A DNA stretch of 63,582 nucleotides, taken from the NCBI RefSeq assembly GCF_001194135.2, contig NC_068982.1, positions 167,946,439 through 168,010,020 of the forward strand, read 5' to 3'. The first letter of the stretch is position 1, and each line of letters opens with the position of its first letter. The notes beneath the pieces were generated by a model that was given only the letters and a program-made list of their open reading frames with translations, searched no databases and was not told the origin of the DNA. This DNA comes from Octopus bimaculoides. Taxonomy: Eukaryota. Shown here one piece after another: positions 1 through 12,994 of this stretch. A program made the translations under genes and the position numbers.

Positions 1-960
1 TTACACCATTTCCAGAGATTAGCTCAGTTAATATTGATGTCTCCCTTCGCAATGATTCAATCGCAGTTTGAATTCTACTTCTCCGGTTTGATTTTCTTTC
101 CGAATTTGGTATTGTTGGCTTTTTGGGTGTTAAAAAGCGTCTTTCGATTACCTTAGCAACAGAGTAAATAATTTCATTTAACTTATTAAGATCGGGTTTT
201 AGTTATTGTATGATTTCTTGTGTAACGCAGTTGTCAATTTTTATTTGTGTTTTATGTTGGTGTGCATTTGAGAGTTTATGGAGTGGTTCCCTATCATTCA
301 TATTTGTATGCCCTACAACTGCAAGCTCATTCAGAACTTCCTGCTTCGTTTCAAAGATAGATTTTCTGTGTTCAGCAAATATGTGGTCTTCAAATTCTGT
401 TTCGACGTCATTTTCTTGGCTGTTTTTTCTAGGGTCATTATATTTTCCTTTTTCTTCAGGCTCTTGAGTGGTTTCAGCAGATGGTCGCCTTTCAGTCAAT
501 GCTTGTGGTCCAACATTCCTCTCCTCTGCTTTGTTATTTCTTTCCTGACTTATATTTAGGTCATTTTCTACCACTTTTTTAATAGAGGTTAATTCTGCAT
601 CTGTTAGTCTGATATTTCTGAAGATATCTCTTTTAACATTTGCTAATCTGTTTTCATCTAGGTTTGGTCTGCTAGCTGGATTCCGGCTCCTCCAAATTCT
701 GTAGGAGTTTGCGGTGTATTTCTCTTGGGTTGGCCTACTTAATGTAAAGTAATAAGCGTATATTACTTCTTTATATTCTTCACGGTTCCATTTAGTTCTT
801 TTACAATTTTGATTTTGTGGTCGTGAACTTTGGGGGCTTATTTGGGACAAATTCCGTTTAAGTGACCTTCCAGGTTCGTATTCAGGGAAGATATTCTTCC
901 ATTTGAAAATGTTTCGCCGTCAAGTGCGCTTCCAAAATAACCATTGGACAAGCGATTCGG
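1..960 (-). mobile_element. R4/Dong-clade non-LTR retrotransposon, 5' portion (continues beyond window start), degenerate
   Basis: Minus-strand translation KRTKWNREEYKEVIYAYYF...WRSRNPASRPNLDENRLANVKRDI...LTDAEL, then after a stop PDLNKLNEIIYSVAKVIE...RSRIQTAIESLRRE. This resembles the N-terminus of the element at 57219-60100 (KRIKWNREDY) and of R4-clade ORFs as I recall them. Probable native ATG at 902-900 followed by a 1-nt frameshift. Confidence 0.75.
203..850 (-). pseudogene. N-terminal fragment of R4/Dong-like ORF (no RT in window)
   Basis: 215-aa open frame in the ORF track; interrupted by a stop at 203-205 with similar-looking coding sequence continuing to position 1. Confidence 0.7.
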
Positions 961-1114
961 TGTACTGTTTGAAATTTTCTTTTCTTTTTAAGTAAAGTTA
1001 AATTATGATTAAATTTTCATTTTTTAAAAATATTTTTATTTATTTTCTATATATATATTTATTTATTTTTTTAACCATCAATCTTTATACAGGGGCCGTA
1101 TTTATCATCATTAC

Positions 1115-1341
1115 CAGCAGCAGCAGCACCACCACCACGAGTAGTTGTAGTAGCAGCAGCAGCAGTAGCAACAGTAGCAACAGCAGTAGCAGTAGTAGTA
1201 GCAGTAGTACTAGTGGCAGCCGCAGCGGTGGTAGCAGCAGCAGTAGTAGTAGCAACAGCAGCAGTGGTAATAATAGTAGTAGTAGTGACAGCAGCAGCAG
1301 TGGTAGCAGCAGCAGTGGCAGCAGCAGCAGTAGTAGCAGCA
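1115..1341. repeat. Compound (CAG)n/(TAG)n trinucleotide microsatellite
   Basis: Directly visible; source of the poly-S/A/L ORFs. Confidence 0.95.
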
Positions 1342-1620
1342 AACGCCAATGAAAGAGAGAGCGCATGCGTGCGAAGCGACTTCGGTCTCAAAAACAAAGC
1401 AGACGATAGTTCTATTTTTCCCGAAAAAAGTGACAAAAAGGACAACGGAGCCAATTTTTTCAAGAAGGATCACTCAGAAGGTCTTTTGAAAAGCAAAGGC
1501 TCTGTTTCTAACAACATCATTTGAAGTGAAAACATTAGTTTCGAGAATGTAAGTGGTGAAAGCCATTCCGTGGGCGATGCAGCGGATGAATTAATTACAT
1601 ATAAGAACAACAGCAAGGAG

Positions 1621-1700
1621 AAAAAGAAGAAGAAGAAGAAGAAGAAGAAGAAGAAGAAGAAGAAGAAGAAGAAGAAGAAGAAGAAGGAGAACAACGACAA

Positions 1701-1743
<43 letters not shown>

Positions 1744-1800
1744 AGGAGCAGCAACAACAACAACGGCAGCAACAAAAGCAACAATAGCAACACCAACAAT
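1621..1800. repeat. (AAG)n followed by degenerate (AAC)n microsatellite
   Basis: Directly visible. Confidence 0.95.
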
Positions 1801-1879
1801 GACAAAGACAATGAAAGAGCTAAGACGCAAACCGCTACAACGGCGTGGAACAGCCTTTCAAAGCTTTCTTTCGCTGGAT

Positions 1880-3640
1880 TAGCTAAATCATCTCCCCAGA
1901 AAATACGATTCTCAGAAGAAGAACTGAAATATGCTTGACAGATAGTTGAGAGAGATGGACAAGCTTCAAAGTTGAATACCTTACCTGAGAGAATCCAAGC
2001 TACGATACGTCGCGCAGTGACGTACCGCACAATCGGGTTAATGTCAAGGAGGGTGGAAGATCCAGAGAGGCTCATATACAACAAGGTTTAGGTTCCATCT
2101 GAAATCAAAAGGAATATATACAGAGAGGAAAGGGCTAAGGAATAGTGGACGTTCGATTCCACACCGAGGAAGAGGTCAAACATCACTCTTTGATTCCTCT
2201 CAAAAGCGAGAAGCTGTTGCTAGTCCCTTACTACTGAGGTCAGAGACGGGCAAGAATTATAATTCAGCAGGTGCTGCCAGAAATAGTTATTCTTTGGCTC
2301 ATTGCGGTAGTAATGATAGACATCGAGGAAAACTCGAAAATCTTTGAAGCCTATCAAAGGAAAACTGGTCTGGAATGACCGCAGAACTCCTCATTCAAAC
2401 AACACAAAACAATATGGATGTCATCCCTGACCAGATCCTTCCTCTTTGAGGCAACATAATTCCCATCAAGGTTGATGGAAGAAAAGCAAAGTGCCACCTT
2501 TGCTTTTCGCCTAAGCATTTAAAAGTCGACTGTCCCAAATAAAATGAAAAAGAGAGACGGGCACCTCTCCTCTCTACACCAACAACGGCCACCAGAACTC
2601 CAAAGACAGCAACAGCAGCACCCTCACCATCAGCAGATTCAGCCGTAGTACCACCAATACCAACAACCATATCGACAACGAGTTCACTGAAACACTTATC
2701 AGCGCCCGAAAATGTTCCGCTTCCCGATGCAGAGGGTGTGGACATCACAGCTGTAGTGACAGACTGCAATGAAGATTGGCAGTTAAAAAAAATAGAAAAA
2801 ATACGTAAAAGAGGTAGAAAGAAAAATAAACATATGGACAACAAAACAACAATCCTCATCCACACAAGAAGTGGAAATGAAAAAAATCCAAACAACAAAA
2901 CAAACACGCCCGAAACGAACACAGCATCGACACCTGAAACACAAGCCTGAAACACCTGAAACACAAGCCATTCCACACACGCAGTCACAACAATAATCAC
3001 AACCACCACCACCACCACCACCACCACTCGAATCACTACTACACAAACTGGAAGCTTTGAGAGGCATCCTGCGTGACCTAAGACGTGGGAAATGCGTCTC
3101 GGCATATACCAAGAATGTCACTACAGTAGTGTCGGATCATAAACACATAGAAATTATCGGCACCATTTTCAGGGACTACGAGGTGGTTTCAGGAGCGACA
3201 ATTAACCAGGAAAAGAATCAGTGGGTTTGCGGCTCGACACCTGGAGAAGCAAGTCTATACCGTCCAACTGTGTCGTTGGGCGCTGGAAGGTCGGACCGGT
3301 TAAATTACTCGGGGTCTGGTTCGGTCTGGACCTCCAGATGGACAACAACTGGACTCGACATGGGCCGAGAAAAAAAACTAACCTTGACAGGTCGAGAAGA
3401 GGTAGCTAAAGCGTATATCGCGTCCGTCATCTATTATCGCTTGACCGTCGTGCCTTGTCCTGGCCACCATCTGATGAAGCTGGAGCGTGTACTCTTCCGT
3501 TTCTTGTGAATGGTCAGGTGGTCTATCTGCAGTCAGCACTCGCTGCGTGGTGGACTGAGCATGCCGTGGTTGATGATGCGCAGACATGCGCTGAGGCTAC
3601 GGCATCTCCAGTTCTTCCTTGACAGTGAACAGGTGAGCAC
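1880..3640 (+). mobile_element. L1/Tx1-like LINE remnant: degenerate ORF1 joined to a mid-RT fragment
   Basis: ORF1-like text IQATIRRAVTYRTIGLMSRRVEDPERLIYNK (1990-2090) and a basic KRGRKKNK segment, then an RT fragment (next entry). The ORF1 assignment is from recall and weaker than the RT call. Confidence 0.6.
3028..3640 (+). pseudogene. Reverse transcriptase C-terminal half, L1/Tx1 clade, degenerate
   Basis: LESLLHKLEAL...VSAYTKNVTTVVSD (decayed AYADDVT)...YEVVSGATINQEK...IASVIYYRLTVVPCP...LERVLFRFL...GGLSMPWLMMRRHALRLRHL, typical of the L1/Tx1 ORF2 region after YADD. Confidence 0.8.
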
Positions 3641-4167
3641 AACATCATAACCACTAGACCTCGATTCTTTACACTCACAAACGCAAACACATACAAACAT
3701 ACACACGCATATACACATAATGTTGTTTATCTTGTTTCAAAGTATATATTGATTCTGTAGACTGCATAGCAGATGATGCTCAATCTGTCAACATTTGGTG
3801 ATCAAGTCTACTGAGTGAATAGCAATCGACTGTAATTTGACAGCAGCGCCAGTCGATATCACTCCTAAACATTGGATATATCTGATGATATTTTACAGGC
3901 CACGGATACGAAGGGCTAATTAGCTAAAATCAACATTTTGTATTTATTTACCCAATCAATATATACAGATTGTAACCATTATGTCAATGTCTATAAACTC
4001 CCATAAATTCCGGCTCCATGGTCAGCATCACTTGCTTAAGTCTATCCAGCCAACATGTATTAAGTTGTCTTCATCAGAATTTATCTGGAGAGTAAACACA
4101 CGCAAACTATGCAGATTAGGCTGTGTATCAGACTAATATATTTTTGCTGTGTAAACATTTGTGTGTA

Positions 4168-4169
<2 letters not shown>

Positions 4170-4247
<78 letters not shown>
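4170..4247. repeat. (GT)n microsatellite
   Basis: Directly visible. Confidence 0.95.
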
Positions 4248-4251
<4 letters not shown>

Positions 4252-4744
4252 CTTGTATATATGTCTATATTCATCCGTTACTGTTTATATCTATAGCTCA
4301 TATCCCGATAGTACATAAAACAAAGACATAAGAAAACACTGCATTGTCTTCGATGTCTTCATTATTTCGATAAGAGATTAAATACACTCCGATTATTAAT
4401 ATGATAACGTTGAAGTTCCCACTTGACCGATGTTTCGATGAGACGGATATTAATACAGCTCTGAATCTCTTTCTCATAACACTCTTCTTCATTAATTTTC
4501 TCTTTCTTTCTTGTTTATTCGTCGATTCTTCTACTCCAATTTGCGCTTTCTCTCTACTTTATTTTCTCTAGTTTTCTTTGCATTCTTTTCTCATTCTCAA
4601 TTTTTATTTATTGTGTTTGTTTGTTTTTTTTTTGTTTTATATATTTCCTTGTTTCGCTTCTTTTACATTTTTTAAATCTTTCAGTGGATAGCTAGTCGCT
4701 TCTTTATAATCATCTGAAACTCATCAAAGACTTTCACTCCAAAA

Positions 4745-4749
4745 TTATT

Positions 4750-4817
<68 letters not shown>

Positions 4818-4828
4818 CATTATTATTA
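4745..4828. repeat. (TTA)n microsatellite
   Basis: Directly visible. Confidence 0.95.
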
Positions 4829-5997
4829 AAAATAGCTATATATGCGCATGCACATATAGAGAAACACACACTAAGACATAGATGCTGACAATATGCTGAC
4901 ATACACACGAAAGCATTTCTCGCTCCTCCCTAATCTCCAACTCCAGCACCGAAGCATAAAAAAACAATTTTTAATATGAGAATAATGCTAGTGTAGCATT
5001 AACAGTAGTTACAGCAGAGAAGACAATGAGTCGACAACGATGACGACTGCGATCAGCACGACAACGTCTACGACGACAGACAATGATTTCTACATCAAGC
5101 CATCGTCAGAACAATAACTGCAAAACATTTATGGTTGTTATTATTGATGAACAAGACAGTGACTTTTAAACAAAAATCAATTTCCAATGTTAGAAAGTCA
5201 CATGAAACCGCACCATCACTCTTATAGCCGTTACCACCACCATCACCATCAACACTAACCGTTTGATATTTACGAAGTATTTTATATGTGAGTTATAACT
5301 ATGTGTTAGTGAGCGAAGTGATGGCAGAAAATATGGTATATTTTTTTGCAAATTTCGCTGCATGGCTTAAATAGTGCCTGGGGTTACTTCTCAAATTCTT
5401 CAGCCAAGCTCATACCAATATCTAATATAAACAAAAATAAATAATTCGATGTATCTCGTATTATTCCCCAATAGCAAATTTTACTCAATGTTTAGACTCA
5501 ACGCTGTTGTAGTAAATAGTTACTAATCCTCTAAGGTGTTAAGGAGTGGATGTAAAACAGAGAAGCTCATGATTGCAAAGCGGATCTTTCAGCTATAATA
5601 TATACAGGCACATACCGTTATATGTTTGTAGACGAAACACAGACTAGAATGATAGGAATTTAGGCATATAGATATGTGTGTATATGTGTATATGCATACA
5701 TGTATATATGTATATGTGTATGTGCATATATATATATATATATATATATGCACGTATGTTTATGTGCCTACATATACATATTTATTTCTCTATTCTAAGT
5801 ATTCATTTGTATTGAATTCTTGTTATGCCCTTTTAAAAAACTGTATTACGCTGTAGACCCAACACATGCTTTTATATAGCTATGTTTGTGCATGCTCTCT
5901 TGTCAAATAAATCCTTCTTGTAATAAGTTTCTTTTTCTATTTATGAATGAATCCTGGTGGAAAGTAGAATGAAAAGATTAATATAATTAGATTTATC

Positions 5998-6185
5998 ATA
6001 GGCGGAGAGCTGGCAGAATCGTTGGATTGCTGAAAAGATACGTAACAGCTCTGATGGCTCTTTACATTCTCAAATTGAGTCTTGCCGATGTTAACACTGT
6101 CTTTCATCTCACCAGAGTACAAGGATCGATAGTGTTGACTTACACCCTCTTCTTAAAGTAGCTAGCCTTGTGTCTAAATTAGCAA
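5998..6185 (+). mobile_element. tRNA-derived SINE, family C, degenerate
   Basis: Head GGCGGAGAGCTGGCAGAATCGTT (A-box-like); similar to the reverse complement of the copies at 40765-40982 and 60150-60365. Confidence 0.7.
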
Positions 6186-6365
6186 GTAATACTGTTTTCA
6201 TAGTAATTAACTCCGTCATCACCAGCGACAGCAGAGACAAATAGTTTAAGATGATAACGCGTTAAAAAACACTGACTCGTTCTTGCAACCAAAACTGGAA
6301 ACTGGCAAAACTGATCAACGCTGGTATTTAATGCGACACGATTTATAACACTCCTAGCACTAAAT

Positions 6366-6408
6366 ACACACACGCACACAAACACACACACACACACACA
6401 CGCACGCT

Positions 6409-6441
<33 letters not shown>

Positions 6442-6480
6442 ACACACGCACTCATACACACAGACACACACACATAAACA
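6366..6480. repeat. (CA)n microsatellite
   Basis: Directly visible. Confidence 0.9.
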
Positions 6481-7610
6481 CGTAAAAATAAAAGTTCATC
6501 CAAATGTTCTTAATTTGCTGGGTCCGTAGGAAGGGACATTATTCATGACTCTCACGGACAATCCAAGATCAGTGAGATTTAGGCCGCTAATATTCCATTT
6601 TAATTGATGCAATTCGATAGCCGCAGGAATGACATAAGTAAGATGATTCCAGGAAAATGTTATCTCTGAACAGGGAAAGAAAGTTATTGTATGTGAGTGA
6701 GTAAAGGAAGCAGAGCAATCGCCGACATTCTGAACCTATGGACCGAGTTTCCTTCCTGTTTTTAAACGTTTACTTATTTCAACTATCCCATTGGAAATGG
6801 TATAAGCGAAAATGCTCAAACTGTTTAAGTCAATTGGGGTGATCACGATTCGATAGACTCCTGCTGATCTTTAATAATCACACAATAGATATTTTATTCC
6901 CAAGAGATAGATACATATCTGATCTATAAAGTAACTGGTCATTATACCACAATATCTATTTCAATACTCTAAAAGTTCATACACACACACATACACGTAT
7001 GTATGTATGAATATATATATATATATATATATATATTAGTTATAGAATAAAAGCGTTAGGTTAACGATTCAACATACCACACACCCTCAATGATCATATA
7101 TAAGAAATACAACATAATCCACCAAACATAAGGAATAACGTAAGAAAAATAAAATAAATAAAAGAATAAGAAATATATAAGAAGTAAGATGCAAGATATA
7201 GAACGTATAATATAAAAATTTATACACAAATACTTAGAGTTAGAATATAAAGTTCTATACTTCCCTCGGGTATATTTTATAATTTAAAACAGCAGACATG
7301 AATAGGTAAGTCCGTATCAGTTTAGTATACACAAGAGATCACAAAAACACAGGTCAAAGGTGAATACAGGCACCCAGCAGGTATCAGCATGTTTATATGA
7401 ATTTACCAATAATGGTTTTAACACACCGATCTACTTGGTGAAATTACTAATTATTAATTAATTACTAATTTTTACCCTATGTCTGTATGAATTTATTTGC
7501 TCCCTGATGGTAAGCTGCAGTTTCTGCGGAATTACTCGTAGCGCACGTGGGTAATTAAGGAATGATACGATTATCTCGCTCGTCTATATAAATACGGAAA
7601 TGCTGTTTTT

Positions 7611-7613
<3 letters not shown>

Positions 7614-7657
<44 letters not shown>

Positions 7658-8188
7658 NNNNNNNNNNNNNNNNNNNNNNNNNNNNNNNNNNNNNNNNNNN
7701 NNNNNNNNNNNNNNNNNNNNNNNNNNNNNNNNNNNNNNNNNNNNNNNNNNNNNNNNNNNNNNNNNNNNNNNNNNNNNNNNNNNNNNNNNNNNNNNNNNNN
7801 NNNNNNNNNNNNNNNNNNNNNNNNNNNNNNNNNNNNNNNNNNNNNNNNNNNNNNNNNNNNNNNNNNNNNNNNNNNNNNNNNNNNNNNNNNNNNNNNNNNN
7901 NNNNNNNNNNNNNNNNNNNNNNNNNNNNNNNNNNNNNNNNNNNNNNNNNNNNNNNNNNNNNNNNNNNNNNNNNNNNNNNNNNNNNNNNNNNNNNNNNNNN
8001 NNNNNNNNNNNNNNNNNNNNNNNNNNNNNNNNNNNNNNNNNNNNNNNNNNNNNNNNNNNNNNNNNNNNNNNNNNNNNNNNNNNNNNNNNNNNNNNNNNNN
8101 NNNNNNNNNNNNNNNNNNNNNNNNNNNNNNNNNNNNNNNNNNNNNNNNNNNNNNNNNNNNNNNNNNNNNNNNNNNNNNNNNNNNNNNN

Positions 8189-8256
<68 letters not shown>
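7614..8256. repeat. (TA)n - assembly gap - (TC)n(TA)n
   Basis: Directly visible; the gap is bounded by microsatellites. Confidence 0.9.
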
Positions 8257-8257
<1 letters not shown>

Positions 8258-8699
8258 GCACATACATTTCTATGTATTTACTTACAGACACACACACTCA
8301 TACACACACGTATGCACACATGCATACTGAGAAAGCTAAGGTTGCACACCAGTAAATTCCTCCATGATTATGTTCTCAAACCAATTTATTTTTTACTTTT
8401 CCATATACGCGTGTGAGTATTTGTGAGTGTATGTGTTCATGCGTGTATACGTCATATTTTGTCTGAGAGTCGAATATAATATTGCACAAACTAATCCTCG
8501 TTCATTAGATTGTAGCCGTCTCTGTTTGCTTGACCGTTTGATGAGTATCTCTACCGATCAGCAGTTTGCTTTTATCAGAATATATTATAGCCCAGGGAAA
8601 TACGTCTTTTCTACTATTCTTGTAGTATCTTGATACAAAGTGTGATATTTGTTCTGAGTACTTGAACGTGTAATTAAACCCAGAGGTTGTATGCATATG

Positions 8700-8701
<2 letters not shown>

Positions 8702-8773
<72 letters not shown>

Positions 8774-8957
8774 TGCATGTGAATAAGAAAGAGAAAGATG
8801 AAGAAAGAGATAAAGAGGAGAGAGACTGAGAGATATAGGGGAGAGAGGGGGAGAGAGAAAGGAAGGGAGAGGGATGAGAAGGAAAGAGAGGGGATAAGAG
8901 AGAGGGAAGAGAAGGAAAGAGAGGGGATAAGAGAGAGGGAGAGAGAAAGAGAGAGAA
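8702..8957. repeat. (TG)n followed by GA-rich low-complexity tract
   Basis: Directly visible. Confidence 0.9.
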
Positions 8958-10538
8958 TGTGTTTAAGTATGTTGGTTGGATGTGTTCTGTTGAATTTTAG
9001 CTTTTCTGTATATTTATGTAAACAACATGGGTTCCGTCAGAAAACTTGTCTCGGAAACATGTTTTATAATATCAATTTCTTAAGTTAATCTGGCAATAGT
9101 GTATTTTATTCTTGAGATTACGTGTATTTTTCAGCCTACATCAGTGACAAATGGTAACTGAGAGGTCACAACACTAAACAACTCTAGAAAGACATCAACA
9201 TGCATTAACTGCTAAGATTTCCAAAATACAGTGACATTTCACTTTCTAAGTAACAGTTAATACAGAAAAAAGGTTTTTTCGTCAGAAGATCAGAACCTAT
9301 ATCGTTCTTTTAATTTGTGTTTATAATGTTTAATAGCACATTAATCTGCAGGGAAGCCTATATAGATTTTGTCATTTTGTCATCAAAGATGGAATCCTAC
9401 AGAAAACAAATTTATAACTTTCAAATTTATCTGAACGTATCTAGTTATGCCAACAGGTCACACGAACACGATAAAAGTCACGTTGTCAAACCAAGTTGCT
9501 CAAACCAACTGGCTCTTAGAGAGAAAAACAGCTACGAAGATTGAATAATATCCAGTGAATCTGACCCAAATGAATCGAAGTAGGTAAACCACTTTATAAA
9601 ATGTGCACGTCAAATCACTGCTTGCATGAGGAAATCTTGCTGAAAAACTGAGCCGAGATAGAATTGAGGAACTAATTTGTATAATCTCTTTCTCTAATAT
9701 TCAATTTGTCTTTCTTCCACTCAAATGGATTCTGTAATCGTACTTATTTTCGACTTCAACGGAATCTAGATATATCTCCTTTGCATAGAATGAGAATCTA
9801 TTGCAGTTAACGTCTCCGCAAAAAGAATGCAACACATTATTGAAATCACAGAAATCATTTGTTACATACCACTGCAATTAGTTAAACTTTACAATTTAAT
9901 CGTATCTTGAGCTAAATCAACGGCTTAACAGTGGAAATACTACAGCGTCTGTTGTAGAAACATACACTATACTGTAAACCTGTCCACTGTTACCAAATCA
10001 ACTCGGTCATTGACGCTGGGAATGTTTACTGGGCCGTCATAATATATATAGTACCATTTAAACATTAGAATGAAGCTTAAAGAAGAAGATAATAAAATTA
10101 TCAATATATTGATTTTTAAATGATTCATAAAGGAAACTATTAAAATCTATGCTGTGTTCAATAAACATAAGTAAAGTTAATATCACAAATTATCTCTTAG
10201 TTATGTGAGTATAGCAGTGTGAGGGAGCCGAAAGTTAATTTTAACTATTTGACAATAATATAAAAAGAAAAAAAATATTTGACGTATATGCTTATAGAAA
10301 CAAACTTCAGAACTACGAGAACGCTTTTATCTTTTACATTATATTTACTTTACGTCCTTAAGGTATAATTAACCACAATTATCTCTGAGAGATGTGTCGT
10401 CGAAATGCTTCAGAGAAACCGGAATATCTAGTAGTGTCATTGAAAATAATGACGTAGGGGGGATGAAGAGAGGGTGAGAGGGGGATGGGAGAGAGAAAGA
10501 GAAAGTGAGAAGTAGAGAGAACATAGAGAAGTAGGGGT

Positions 10539-10539
<1 letters not shown>

Positions 10540-10598
<59 letters not shown>
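10540..10598. repeat. (GA)n microsatellite
   Basis: Directly visible. Confidence 0.9.
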
Positions 10599-10603
<5 letters not shown>

Positions 10604-12569
10604 ATAAAGATAAATAATGAACAGAATTAAAATGAAAGGAAAAGATTTGAGTACGTCATCGATAAATCTCTTCAAAATTAATTTTTCCTAGACGATTTCA
10701 ACGAGAGAAAGAATTTAATTGTTAATTACACATTCGATATTTAATTAAGGAGTTTAACAGATTTTCAACACGTTAACAAGATTTCTATTTTAATTTTACA
10801 TTTAACTATTTGAAGAGAGATGCAAGAAAATGGTTTCTTCTAAGCATTCCACATATACATGTATTGGCTCTCATAGGCATAGTCATAAGGTTTTCAACGT
10901 TCTCTCTCACAGCTATACCCATACACTTCTACCATACATACAGTCATACACTCTCCAAAGCAGATATTCATTTACAGTCTCACACATAAACACATGCGCT
11001 ACATGCAAACGTTCCCAAATGCCACACAATATTTACCCTTTCACAAACGCACGCGCCATATTTAGAAATATATACAAGCACAGTATTACTTAAATTCGTT
11101 CAGACATAGGATACATAAAAATACATAATACATCAAAATTTAGTAAATTATAGATGCACACATAATTACGCAATAAGCTAGAATTAGAAGCTGAGTTATC
11201 GTCAATTCAGACACTATTTTCATAGTAGATTGTTGATACAATGATCTGTTTGACCAGGATTGATGTGGTCTAAACAATGACAACGACGTATGTAATGCTT
11301 AAAGATGCAGTACAACTCCATACACTGCAATTTTCTTTATGCATCCTGAAATATCAAATCATACAGATGGCTGTGTATGGAGAAAGTAAAGTTCTATTCT
11401 TTTATGTATGTTGCGTTGTATAGCGATTGCAGCTAATCATACACACCATTGAGTTTTCATATAATCTTGATTAATTTAAATTACAAGGTTGCTTCCCTTA
11501 GAATTAATCATTACGAGAGTGAAATATACCACCTCCATAGAAGGGAACTTTTAATATAGAAACATTTTTTGTATAATTACAATAGGTATGTTAGCTCACC
11601 CAGTTTACTACTTATAAAACGATGATGCCTTTGTCTTCCAAAATATGGTATTATTTGTGAATTTCAAGAGTAACATATTAGCTTATTTGGTGTAAGCCTA
11701 GCTTTCAGCAAATTCCGATTGGAAAATGCCTCCCAGAGTTGACGTAAAGAAACGACATATGATACAGTGTTGGATGCACATAAGTTAGTAACCAATGTGA
11801 GCCGAGGTTTCAAATTGTTGTATTCTAACGTTCAAACACAATGAAGAGATAAAAAGATTCGCATAACACTGACGACCTCTGGGCTTTCCGATGAAATTCT
11901 CTAAACATCAATATTTGATGCTTCCAATCCACAAAACGAATATTTCTTGACGCTTTTATTGATTTATACCTTCAATTTACATTCATAAGAGTTAGATATT
12001 AAAATAGAACATACACATATATATTCATATTTACGCACGCGTTAGAAAGAGCAAGTTTTCCTGTACAAAGTTACTATCGCCCAGTTGGCTGGTTTTGTCT
12101 TTAATAGTGTTTTTTTTTTTCAAGATTAACTGCAACTATGAACTTTGCAGGTTGTCCGAGATAGGGGATACCAATGGAATGGAAATTCACCTCCTACATA
12201 TGTAAATTCAATTACGACTGAAAAACATACTTAGGAAGAACTAAATGAGATCTTACTTTGTATTAATCGATTTCAACTCAAATGAAGTTAGCATCCTTAC
12301 GCGTCAGAATGTATTGTGAATATCTTTAATCACATTCGACTATTTCGCAAGATACAACAGAAACAAAATTTCGCGGAGGAACTGAGCAATTCAGGAAAGT
12401 GAATATGGAACAAAAATCAAATATTCTGATGAAGCACATTCTATTTTCTAAGAATCTCCTTGTAAACACGTTTATAGAGCGTGCTTATCGATGTAAACAT
12501 TGGCAGAAACATATCTTTAGTTCATATAAGTGATATCTACCATTATATATATAATTTGAGCATTGATTT

Positions 12570-12962
12570 TCTTCTTACATTTCACTTCCACTGGATATAT
12601 CTTTTTCCAAGCCTTTAAGCTTTTATTTTAATTCACATATCGCCCTATATTTCTCCGTTATAAGTTTTCTGCTTATTTCTTTCCTTTATACCTTCTCTTT
12701 CTATAGGTTACCTTTGACGTTATATCTTCTAACGGTTTTTTTTGAAAAACTTAATAACGTTCCGTTGATCAATATACATCCATCACATTCTGTTAAAATG
12801 CCTTATTGATGAGTTTGGTTTCTTTAATTCTTTCTTTCTCTCCCTGATGAGAAGATTACATTGTTTTACACTATTTTATTCCTTTGGAATAATCCCAATG
12901 TTGTTTTCGAAACATATGTCAGAAGTAAAAGAATCTGAATAGCACCTGCGTTTAACTCCATT
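12570..12962. repeat. Unclassified dispersed repeat (family E), copy 1
   Basis: Collinear with 21345-21737, e.g. GTTAAAATG[C/G]CTTATTGATG, GATTACATTGTTTTACA, TTCGAAACA, CACCTGCGTTTA[A/G]CTCCATTT. Confidence 0.8.
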
Positions 12963-12963
12963 T

Positions 12964-12994
<31 letters not shown>

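Noticed and set aside
903-965. HDV-like ribozyme in the 5' UTR of the R4-like element (GGCGAA motif after a CGCTT/AAGCG stem)
   Set aside because: I could not find the P1/P2/P3 partners needed for the nested double pseudoknot; an RNArobo/Infernal search would be needed.
1005-2084. ORFs with poly-Ser/Ala/Leu/Lys/Asn/Phe
   Set aside because: Translations of CAG/TAG, AAG and AAC microsatellites, open in most frames for trivial reasons.
12150-12230. Plus-strand exon candidate VVRDRGYQWNGNSPPTY (similar ones at about 25150-25290, 47530-47610 and 52630-52770)
   Set aside because: Short frames, weak or missing splice partners, no recognisable protein and no consistent chain.
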